Positions 16,599 through 24,247 of a DNA stretch of 38,961 nt are shown here, one piece after another. Within the stretch, counting starts at the first letter, position 1. Each line of letters opens with the position of its first letter. A program made the translations under genes and the position numbers. The notes beneath the pieces are model-generated. The model was not told where the DNA came from. It did not search any database and saw nothing but the letters and a program-made list of their open reading frames with translations. The stretch comes from a virus (lineage: Duplodnaviria; Caudoviricetes), in the IMG/VR virus record IMGVR_UViG_3300038556_000008, positions 1-38,961 of that record; one strand, given 5' to 3'.

Positions 16599-17305
16599 CG
16601 CGCGACGAAGCACTCCTCAAAATCAAGAAGTGCCTGGCTCTGGCAGCGAGTCCAGAACCGCACGAAGCCGCAGCAGCGCTGCGTCAGGCTCAAAAGCTCA
16701 TGGAGCAATTCGGCTTGTCGGAGACAGAGGTCAGTCTTGCGGATGTATCGGAATCACCTCGGAAGGCACCGAGCGTGCCACTGGTGATATGGGAGGCCGC
16801 GTTGGCGCAGGCGGTGGCTGAGGTGTTCGCCTGTGAGTACTTCACCCAGATGCATCCGGTTTTGGCTCCGAATCGAACTTGGCGCAAAGAGCGTCAGTTC
16901 GTATTCGTCGGTGTGGGCATGGCTGCAGAAGTCGCCGGCTATGCCTTCGAAGTGCTGGCTCGCCAGTGCGCCAGGGACCGCCGAGCGCATATGGGCCTGC
17001 AGTCGAAGAACTGCAAACCGAAGACCAAAGTCGCCCGGGGAGACCTGTATGCCACGGGGTGGGTTTCAGGCGTGCGCGGTCTGCTGCAGGCCTTCGCTGG
17101 CAACTCAGACGACCAGGCTCTGGTGACGCGCTATATGGCGCACCAGCATCCCGAGATGAAGAAAGCTAAGTTCAAAGACCGCACCACGGGAAAGAACGTC
17201 AAGCACGACGATTTCGAGCGCGGCCACAAGGCTGGCCGAAGCGCTGAACTCAATCACGGTATCCCGGCAAGCGCGGCACTCAAACAAATCGAAGGGCGCC
17301 CATGA
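16595..17305 (+). CDS. DUF2786-domain protein
   Basis: KIKKCLALAASPEPHEAAAALRQAQKLMEQFGL N-terminus. Confidence 0.85.
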   Translation: MTRDEALLKIKKCLALAASPEPHEAAAALRQAQKLMEQFGLSETEVSLADVSESPRKAPSVPLVIWEAALAQAVAEVFACEYFTQMHPVLAPNRTWRKERQFVFVGVGMAAEVAGYAFEVLARQCARDRRAHMGLQSKNCKPKTKVARGDLYATGWVSGVRGLLQAFAGNSDDQALVTRYMAHQHPEMKKAKFKDRTTGKNVKHDDFERGHKAGRSAELNHGIPASAALKQIEGRP

Positions 17306-18291
17306 TCAAGAACGCCATCATCTATCGCATCTCCGGGTCCTGGATGCCCGACCTGCAGGCACTCGAAGCCGCCCTCGCCAAGAGCCCGTTTGCCGCGTGC
17401 GGCGCCACACAGGAGCGCAGCGCGGGCTGGGTACCGCCGCGTGGTGAGGAGCATGGCCTGCTGGTCGAGTCCGTGGCCGGGCAGTGGGTCATGCGCTTCA
17501 TGACCGAGGCCAAGGTGCTGCCCGCCAGCGTGCTCAATCGCCGCGTGGAGGAGAAGGCCGATGCCATCGAGAAGAACGAAGGCCGCAGGCCAGGCAAGAA
17601 AGAAAAGAAGGAACTCAAGGACGAGGCCAGGCTGGACCTGCTGCCCATGGCCTTCACCAAGCAGGGCGCCATGTGGGTCTGGCTGGACCCCCAGGCCCGC
17701 ACCCTGGTGCTGGACACGGGCAGCCAGGCGCGTGCCGACGAGGTGGTGAGCGCACTGGTCGATGGCCTGACCGGCTTTGCGCTGGCCCTGCTTGACACGC
17801 AGACCAGCCCCCAGGCCGCCATGGCGCATTGGCTTACCACGCAGGAGCCTCCTGCCGACTTCGCCATCGACCGCGAGTGCGAGCTCAAGGCAGCTGACGA
17901 ATCCAAGGCCGTGGTGCGCTACGGCCGGCACCCTCTGGACATCGCCGAGGTCCGCCAGCACATCGAGCACGGCAAGCTGCCCACCCGCCTGGCGCTGACC
18001 TGGGACGACCGGGTGAGCTTCGTGCTGACTGAGCAGTTGCAGGTACGCAAGATCACGCTGCTGGACGCGGTGACCGAGGGCCAGTCTCAGGACGATGGCG
18101 GCTTCGATGCTGACGTGGCGATCACAACGGGCGAGCTGTCCCGGCTGATCCCCGACCTGATTGACGCGCTGGACGGCGAGGGACGAACGGGGTTGGGCCG
18201 GGTCCTGCCGGCATCGCTGCAAAAAGCTGGCGCGATGACCGGGCCAGGCCATGCACCTGCGGATGCCGATCCTGATAGCGCTCCGTTTTAG
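17302..18291 (+). CDS. rdgC: Phage-encoded recombination-associated protein RdgC
   Basis: KNAIIYR, GWVPPRG, KVLPASV, LLPMAF, LALTWDDRVSFVLTE and FDADVAI motifs. Confidence 0.92.
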   Translation: MIKNAIIYRISGSWMPDLQALEAALAKSPFAACGATQERSAGWVPPRGEEHGLLVESVAGQWVMRFMTEAKVLPASVLNRRVEEKADAIEKNEGRRPGKKEKKELKDEARLDLLPMAFTKQGAMWVWLDPQARTLVLDTGSQARADEVVSALVDGLTGFALALLDTQTSPQAAMAHWLTTQEPPADFAIDRECELKAADESKAVVRYGRHPLDIAEVRQHIEHGKLPTRLALTWDDRVSFVLTEQLQVRKITLLDAVTEGQSQDDGGFDADVAITTGELSRLIPDLIDALDGEGRTGLGRVLPASLQKAGAMTGPGHAPADADPDSAPF

Positions 18292-18394
18292 GCCTGCGAG
18301 GGCCGCAGAGGCCTTCCAATTCATTCCAAAAGAAAAATCCAGGGGGATGCCGCTGTCAGGGCGCTCCCCCGCTCAGATCGCCGGAAATCCAAAC

Positions 18395-18616
18395 ATGCCA
18401 TCCGATGCCGAAAAACACTGCCCGCTGTGCAACGAGAGCTGGCCGGCAGATACGGAGTTCTTCTACCCGGATATCGCCAAGAAAGATGGGCTGTGCTTTT
18501 GCTGCAGAGCTTGCTACAAGAGCCGCTATCGCCCGACAGGCAATCGCACCAAGCAGCCGCTGCCTCCCCAAGTCCGCCCCACTGATGCAATCGCCCAAGT
18601 CTGGAGCCTGCAATGA
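18395..18616 (+). CDS. Small Cys-rich (zinc-finger-like) protein
   Basis: EKHCPLC...WPADTEFFY...DGL...CRAC; coupled to gemA. Confidence 0.65.
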   Translation: MPSDAEKHCPLCNESWPADTEFFYPDIAKKDGLCFCCRACYKSRYRPTGNRTKQPLPPQVRPTDAIAQVWSLQ

Positions 18617-19053
18617 CCGCCAACCACATCGCCGCAATCCACGCGCTCAAGTCCAAGCTGCAGCTGACCGACGATGACTACCGCGCCCTGCTGCGCAATC
18701 TGACGGGCCTGGCCAGCAGCAAGGACATGACGCCCACGCAGCGCGAAGCCGTGCGCGACCACATGCAGGGCCTGGCCGAGCGCGCAGGCGTGGCCAAGCC
18801 GACGCGCAGCCGCCGCAACACGTTCGCGCAGTCCAAGGAATCCGCTTCGCCGAGGGAGCGCAAGGTGTGGGCGCTGTGGCACCAGCTCTACCGTGACGGC
18901 AAGCTGCGCGACAACAGCGCTGCTTCCCTCAATGCATTCGTGCAGCGCACGGTCAGCGTCTCGGCGCTGCGCTTCGCCACCAGCGCGCAGCTGGACACGG
19001 TCATTGAAGCGCTCAAGGCTTGGCAACAGCGAGGAGGTGCCGATGTCTCCTGA
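18613..19053 (+). CDS. gemA: GemA (Mu gp16/DUF1018-like) protein
   Basis: IHALKSKLQLTDDDYRALL...G..SSKDM...KVWALW...VIEALKAW; sits before mor. Confidence 0.88.
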   Translation: MTANHIAAIHALKSKLQLTDDDYRALLRNLTGLASSKDMTPTQREAVRDHMQGLAERAGVAKPTRSRRNTFAQSKESASPRERKVWALWHQLYRDGKLRDNSAASLNAFVQRTVSVSALRFATSAQLDTVIEALKAWQQRGGADVS

Positions 19054-19426
19054 CACGCGTGATCTGGAGCTGCTGCTGCCCACCGAGTACCCTGGCCTCT
19101 GGCGCGACATGGCTGCCGCCATCTATCTGCGGCTGCGCAGCGGGGGCGAGATCCCCGGAGATCCACGCGCGCATGCCCGCCTGGCAATGGCCTTGGCAGA
19201 GACCGTCGCCGAGGCCATCGGCGGTGACACGATCTATATTCCTGTCGGCCACTTCTTCCACAACGACACCCGTTCCCGCGCCTTGATTGCAGATTGCACA
19301 CCGGGCACAAACCTGGCAGAGGTTGCCAGGCGCCACGGCTACACACCGGCCCGTGCCAAGCAGATCCTGCGCGATTGGGCGCGCGAGGATTTCCAGGCCC
19401 GCCAGGGCCACCTCTCGCTGGATTGA
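19043..19426 (+). CDS. mor: Mor/C-family transcription activator
   Basis: IGGDTIYIP motif plus C-terminal HTH (NLAEVARRHGYT...QIL); GAGGAGG RBS. Confidence 0.88.
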   Translation: MSPDTRDLELLLPTEYPGLWRDMAAAIYLRLRSGGEIPGDPRAHARLAMALAETVAEAIGGDTIYIPVGHFFHNDTRSRALIADCTPGTNLAEVARRHGYTPARAKQILRDWAREDFQARQGHLSLD

Positions 19427-19461
19427 TGCAGAGCGGCGTCCCGCGCCCTGACGCCGCTCCC

Positions 19462-19512
19462 TAGAAGCTGCCCTTCTAACACCCGCGCGCATGCACTCCG
19501 AAGATTCGGGGC
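19462..19512 (+). promoter_or_regulatory. Putative Mor/C-activated late promoter (possibly leaderless)
   Basis: Dyad TAGAAG-N5-CTTCTA (19462-19478) centred 43 bp upstream of the ATG at 19513. Weak -10 AAGATT (19501-19506); no -35 and no clear SD. Confidence 0.5.
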
Positions 19513-20685
19513 ATGACGCACACCACGGCTACCCCCAAACCCCTGCACATTTTCAAGCCCGGCCAATGGACCACCACGGCCGGCGAAAAGATCGAGTTCA
19601 GCGAAGCCGATCTGCAGGCCAGTGCGCGGGCCTACGACCCCAAGAAATCCAAGGCCCCCATCGTGGTGGGCCACCCCAAGACGGACGACCCAGCGCAGGG
19701 TTGGGCCGCTGGTTTGACCGTTGGCGAGCGCGGCCTCTACGCACTCCCCGAAAAGATTGACCCTGAATTCGCCGAGGCGGTCCGCGCTGGCCGCTACGGC
19801 ACCGTCTCGTCCAAGTTCTACCGGCCCGACGACGCCAACAACCCCGTCCCCGGTGTCTGGTACCTGCGCCACATCGGCTTTCTGGGCGCGCAGCCGCCGG
19901 CAGTAAAGGGCCTGGACGCCCCCGAATTCGCTGATAGCGACGACGGATGTGTGTGCTTTCAGGAGGGCATCGCTTTCGGCGAATGGGATGCCATGACCTC
20001 CGCCAACCTGTGGCGCGGTCTGCGCGACTGGATCGTCTCCAAGTTCGGCCTGGAGGAGGCAGACAAGGTGCTGCCCAGTTACCAGGTCAGCTCCCTCGAA
20101 ATCAACGCCAACCAGGACCTGCGCACACAAGGCAATGCCGTGGCGTTCGCAGAAACCTCCGTACTTTCCCGTCCCTCTCATCCACCCAAGGAGTCTGCTG
20201 TGAATGAACAAGAAGCCGCGCAGCTGCGCGAACAAAACGCCGCGCTGCAGCGGCAGGTCCAGGACGCGCAACAGCGCGAACACGAGCGCCAGGTCGAAGC
20301 CATCCGCCAGGACAACGTGGCTTTCGCCGAATCGCTGGTGGGCCAGGCGCGCATCCCATCCTCCATGAAGGACCAGGTCGCCGCCATCGGCGCCCAGCTG
20401 CAGTCCACGCCCGACGTCGAGTTCGGCGAAGGCGACGACAAGAAGCCGCTGCATGCGCTTTTCCGCGAGCTCCTGCAGGCCTTGCCAGCTCAGGTCGAGT
20501 TCTCGGAGACCGCCACCCGTGAACGCGCCGCTGCCGAGGCCGCCAGCACAGCCAGCACGCCGGCCGAGTTTGCCGAAGGCGCTGACCCTGAGCGCGTGCA
20601 GCAGGACCAGCGCATCCGCGCCTACGCCAAGAAGCACAGCGTGTCCTATGCGACGGCTGCGCACGCAGTGATGCGCCAAAAGTAA
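19513..20685 (+). CDS. Head maturation protease/scaffold (Mu gpI-like)
   Basis: IFKPG, APIVVGHP, YGTVSSKFY and HIGFLGAQPPAVKGL motifs; coiled-coil C-terminal half. Confidence 0.9.
   Translation: MTHTTATPKPLHIFKPGQWTTTAGEKIEFSEADLQASARAYDPKKSKAPIVVGHPKTDDPAQGWAAGLTVGERGLYALPEKIDPEFAEAVRAGRYGTVSSKFYRPDDANNPVPGVWYLRHIGFLGAQPPAVKGLDAPEFADSDDGCVCFQEGIAFGEWDAMTSANLWRGLRDWIVSKFGLEEADKVLPSYQVSSLEINANQDLRTQGNAVAFAETSVLSRPSHPPKESAVNEQEAAQLREQNAALQRQVQDAQQREHERQVEAIRQDNVAFAESLVGQARIPSSMKDQVAAIGAQLQSTPDVEFGEGDDKKPLHALFRELLQALPAQVEFSETATRERAAAEAASTASTPAEFAEGADPERVQQDQRIRAYAKKHSVSYATAAHAVMRQK
20200..20685 (+). CDS. Probable in-frame internal scaffold protein (Mu gpZ-like)
   Basis: AAGGAG at 20188-20193 precedes an in-frame GTG at 20200, at the protease/coiled-coil boundary, as in Mu I/Z. 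Confidence 0.65.
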   Translation: MNEQEAAQLREQNAALQRQVQDAQQREHERQVEAIRQDNVAFAESLVGQARIPSSMKDQVAAIGAQLQSTPDVEFGEGDDKKPLHALFRELLQALPAQVEFSETATRERAAAEAASTASTPAEFAEGADPERVQQDQRIRAYAKKHSVSYATAAHAVMRQK

Positions 20686-20713
20686 TCCACCCCCATACCT
20701 CAAGGAGAAACAC

Positions 20714-21649
20714 ATGGGACGTTTGAGCAAACTGCGCGTGGTGGACCCGGTCCTCAGCGCGCTGGCCTTGGGCTACAGCAATGCCGCCTTCGTGGGCGAG
20801 CAGTTGCTGCCCTTCGTGACGCTGGACAAAGAGGGCGGCAAGATTCCAACATTCGGTAAGGATGCCTTCCGCATCTACGCGACCGAGCGTGCATTGCGCG
20901 CCAAGTCCAACCGGATCAGCCCCGAGGACGTCGACGGCATTGACATCGCGCTGGACGAGCACGATCTGGAGTATCCGATCGACTACCGCGAAGACGCCGA
21001 AGCTGCGTTCCCGCTGCAGGCCCACGCGACCAATCGCGTCGTGGAAGGCATCCGCCTGCGCCACGAAGCCATGGTGGCCAGCATGACGCAGAACCCCAAC
21101 AACTACCCGGTGGGCAACAAGATCGCGCTGTCGGGCTCCAGCGTGTTCACAGACCCCGACAGCGACCCCGAGGGAGTCGTGGATGACGGCAAAGCTGCTG
21201 TCCGCAACAAGATCGTCAAGGAACCGAACACCATGGTGCTCGGCTACAAGACCTGGCGCGCGCTCAAGCGCCATCCCAAGCTCAAGGCGATCCTGAGCGA
21301 CCAACGCTCCCGCCTGGTGCAACTGGCTGACCTGCGCGAGATCTTCGAGATCGAGAACATCGTGGTGGGCAAGGGCATCTACGCCACCGACAGCGGCGCC
21401 GTGATCGACCTGTGGGGCGGCACTCTGGTCATGGCCTACGTGCCCACGGCCGCACCGGCTGCTGCCGGCGATGCCCCCGTGCGCTCCGCCTACGAGCCCA
21501 GCTACGGCTACACGCTGCGCAAGCGCGGCAACCCGGTGGTCGACACCCGCACCGAAGACGGCAAGCTGGAAATCATCCGCAACACCGACATCTTCCGCCC
21601 CTACATGCTGGGCGCTGAAGCTGGCTACCTCGTGACGGGAGCGGCATGA
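20714..21649 (+). CDS. Major capsid protein
   Basis: 311 aa, strong AAGGAG RBS, VDPVLSALALGY N-terminus, PNTMVLG motif; follows the protease. Confidence 0.88.
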   Translation: MGRLSKLRVVDPVLSALALGYSNAAFVGEQLLPFVTLDKEGGKIPTFGKDAFRIYATERALRAKSNRISPEDVDGIDIALDEHDLEYPIDYREDAEAAFPLQAHATNRVVEGIRLRHEAMVASMTQNPNNYPVGNKIALSGSSVFTDPDSDPEGVVDDGKAAVRNKIVKEPNTMVLGYKTWRALKRHPKLKAILSDQRSRLVQLADLREIFEIENIVVGKGIYATDSGAVIDLWGGTLVMAYVPTAAPAAAGDAPVRSAYEPSYGYTLRKRGNPVVDTRTEDGKLEIIRNTDIFRPYMLGAEAGYLVTGAA

Positions 21650-22071
21650 CCATGGCCAAAAGCAATCCACCCCAAAAGCCGGCAGCTGCAGTGTCAGCCG
21701 CCACCGATGTGGCCAAGGGCACGCCCGATACCACGGGGCAACTGCAGCAAGACGGCCAGAACACTGCCGGCAGCGCCGCAGACATCGGGCAAGTCACCGC
21801 AGCAGAGCCCGGCGCCGGTTCGGCCGGCAACGCTGCTGGCCTCGGCGACAACGCCCAGCTTGTCCCGACAGGCGCCTCCGACCAGACCCCCCTGCTGCAT
21901 CCCGACCAGGTGCAGCAGGGAGATCCCATAAGGGCCTACATCGTGGACTCCGTCCCGATCCGGCACAACGGCGAGTACTTCGGTCTCGGCGAGCGCATCG
22001 AGCTCGCGGAGAGCGATGCATTCCGCCTGGGTGGCTTGGTCACGCTCGCCTCCCCTGACACAAAGGAATGA
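21646..22071 (+). CDS. Hypothetical head-region protein (low-complexity N-terminus, small C-terminal domain)
   Basis: Coupled to the capsid gene; IRHNGEYFGLGERIEL motif. Confidence 0.65.
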   Translation: MTMAKSNPPQKPAAAVSAATDVAKGTPDTTGQLQQDGQNTAGSAADIGQVTAAEPGAGSAGNAAGLGDNAQLVPTGASDQTPLLHPDQVQQGDPIRAYIVDSVPIRHNGEYFGLGERIELAESDAFRLGGLVTLASPDTKE

Positions 22072-22403
22072 CGTCCATGCAAACCGAACAGATCCTCATG
22101 GCCACCAGCGAAAAGGCCACCACAGCTCTCAAGCGCCAGCGCCTGGTGAATTTCCTGGGCGGCCAGGCCGGGGATGGCGAGGCCACGCTGGGAACGGCCA
22201 ATGCCGACTACTCGCCAGGCGAGCAGGCCGGCGTCAACACCCACGGCTCGTTGCTGGTCGAAGCTGGTGCCGCTATCGCCCGTGGCGCGCAGGTCCAGTC
22301 CGACGCCCAGGGCCGCGCCATCACGCTGGCCGCAGGCGTGGCGGCCGGCCGCACCCGCGACGCTGCCACGGCAGCTGGTGAAATCATCCGCATCATGCGC
22401 TGA
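22068..22403 (+). CDS. Head decoration/cement protein (DUF2190-like)
   Basis: VEAGAAIARGAQVQSDAQGRAIT...AATAAGEII pattern. Confidence 0.78.
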   Translation: MTSMQTEQILMATSEKATTALKRQRLVNFLGGQAGDGEATLGTANADYSPGEQAGVNTHGSLLVEAGAAIARGAQVQSDAQGRAITLAAGVAAGRTRDAATAAGEIIRIMR

Positions 22404-22408
22404 CCGCC

Positions 22409-22915
22409 ATGGCCGCCTATGCATCCATCGCCGACCTGGTCAGCGCCGCCACTGGCGGCTGGACCGAGCTGGCGCAGCGCGCCGCGCCCGAGCAGGTGCT
22501 CGACGGCGCGCTGCTGCAGATCGTGGCCGCAGACGGCGACACCAGCGAGTGGACGCCCGATGCCGTGGTGGTCGCCACGGCCGCGCTGGCCCGACTGCAG
22601 GATGCGCTGGAGCGCGCCAGCAGGCATGCCGACACCTACCTGTTCCCCCGCTACCGCGTTCGCATGCCGCTGTCCCTGGACCTAGTCCAGGGCAGCAGCC
22701 TGCCTGCGGCGGTGGCCGCGATCGCGCTCAAGCGCCTCTACGGCACGTCGGTGCCCGAGGATCTGCGCCGTGGTTCCGCCTGGGCGGATGACTACCTGGC
22801 CGGGTTGTCGAAGGGTACGGTCAGCCTGGGCGGTGGAGATGCCGACGTCGCGCAGCCGCCCGGCCGAATGGTTACACGTGCCCCGTCCAGTGCCTTCGAT
22901 TGGGGAGCGTACTGA
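22409..22915 (+). CDS. Head-tail adaptor (Mu gp36/DUF1320-like)
   Basis: YASIADL...ALERAS..ADTYL..RY..PL...L..LSKGTVSLG motifs. Confidence 0.82.
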   Translation: MAAYASIADLVSAATGGWTELAQRAAPEQVLDGALLQIVAADGDTSEWTPDAVVVATAALARLQDALERASRHADTYLFPRYRVRMPLSLDLVQGSSLPAAVAAIALKRLYGTSVPEDLRRGSAWADDYLAGLSKGTVSLGGGDADVAQPPGRMVTRAPSSAFDWGAY

Positions 22916-23400
22916 TGTCTACGACCACCGCAGCCGCCACGGCGCACCCCAACAACTTCCTGGAGCCCGAGCCTCATATCGTCGCGCGCATCAAGTCGCT
23001 CCTGCCAGGCGTGCATGTCCTGACCGGCGCGGATCTGGCCGCAACGAAAGAGGAGTCGCAGCCGGTCCCTGCTGTGCATGTGATCTGGAACGGCTTTCGG
23101 GTACTGGAGACGCGGATTGACGGGCGAGTTTCTCGCCTCGATCACGAATGGCTGATCGTGTCGGCCGTTCGCAATGTGCGCGGGCTCAAGTCCGGCGCCG
23201 ATGCGCGCGTCGAAGCCGGCGAACTGTCAGCCCGGGCTGGCGCCGCCGTGATGGGGTTTCGTCCGCCGAACGTCGCCGGGCCGATGCGCCTGGCGCCGTC
23301 GCCCGGCTCGGGCTACAGCCAGGCCGGCTATCTCTACCTGCCGCTCGCCTTCCTGGTGGAGTCGGTTTTCCAAAGCGCTGAATATTTCAAAGGAGCCTGA
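22915..23400 (+). CDS. Tail completion/terminator protein (Mu gp37-like)
   Basis: Lies between adaptor and tail tube; PAVHVIWNG, WLIVSAVRN and YLPLAF motifs. Confidence 0.68.
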   Translation: MSTTTAAATAHPNNFLEPEPHIVARIKSLLPGVHVLTGADLAATKEESQPVPAVHVIWNGFRVLETRIDGRVSRLDHEWLIVSAVRNVRGLKSGADARVEAGELSARAGAAVMGFRPPNVAGPMRLAPSPGSGYSQAGYLYLPLAFLVESVFQSAEYFKGA

Positions 23401-23401
23401 C

Positions 23402-24166
23402 ATGGCCGTCGAAGTCACCAAGCAAATCTACAAACCGTCCATGACCGTGGGGCAAGTCTATGCACGCGTCTATGGCTCTGCCGGACTGCCGCTGCCGATC
23501 GGCAACGTCCTGGAGCTGGCCCTGGAGCATTCCGAGGATGTTCAGACGCAGGAAGACATGACGCGCCTGGGCGGCGGCACGCACGCCGAAGTGCGCCGCG
23601 TCAAAGAAGTGAAGCTCAAGGCCAAGCTGGCGGACCTGAACGTCGTCAACATGGCTCGCAGTGTCTTCGGCACCGTGGAAGCGATCGGCGCCGGCACGGT
23701 GCAGGCTGCGCCCTACATCGCCACGCGCGGCGGCCTGCTGCCGATCGCCCACATCAGCCCCACGGCCGTGGAGGTCAAGAAAGGCACCGATGCGGCCAGT
23801 GCGACTCCCGTGCCCATGGCCGGCAACTACGAAGTCCGACCTGAGGGCATCTTCCTGCTCGCAGATGCGCCGGGCATCGCCGACTCGGACAAGCTCTGGG
23901 TGGACTACAGCTATGGGGCATATGCGGCGATCGAGGCCCTGACAACCAAGGCCGTGGAGCTGAACCTGGTGTTCGGCGGCTTGAACGAGGCCGACAGTGG
24001 CAATCCGCAGGTCGTGGACATCTTCCGCGCCAGCCAGGGCATCACCAAGGCCCTGACCCTCATCGGCAAGGGCTTCAACGCGCTCGACGTCGAGGGGACC
24101 GTGCTCATGGACCCGACGAAATCGGGGGACGGCGTCAGCCGCTACTACCGCACCCGCATGGGCTGA
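23402..24166 (+). CDS. Major tail tube protein (non-contractile tail)
   Basis: Strong AAGGAG RBS; GNVLEL, FGGLNEADSG and L.DPTK...SRYY motifs. No sheath gene in the window. Confidence 0.8.
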   Translation: MAVEVTKQIYKPSMTVGQVYARVYGSAGLPLPIGNVLELALEHSEDVQTQEDMTRLGGGTHAEVRRVKEVKLKAKLADLNVVNMARSVFGTVEAIGAGTVQAAPYIATRGGLLPIAHISPTAVEVKKGTDAASATPVPMAGNYEVRPEGIFLLADAPGIADSDKLWVDYSYGAYAAIEALTTKAVELNLVFGGLNEADSGNPQVVDIFRASQGITKALTLIGKGFNALDVEGTVLMDPTKSGDGVSRYYRTRMG

Positions 24167-24185
24167 TCACCACCGTCCGGCACCC

Positions 24186-24232
24186 GGGCCGCCGCCGCTG
24201 CATAGGCGGTGTGCGGCCCATCTTCTTTTTCT
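24186..24232 (+). terminator. Putative intrinsic terminator/attenuator after the tail tube gene
   Basis: GC hairpin GGGCCGC-CGCCGC...GCGGTG-T-GCGGCCC (24186-24219) followed by TCTTCTTTTTCT. Confidence 0.55.
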
Positions 24233-24247
24233 TGTTCGCCTTTCCCC

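Noticed and set aside
19339-21670. Long minus-strand ORFs (463 aa, 522 aa)
   Set aside because: Antisense shadows of the protease and capsid genes.
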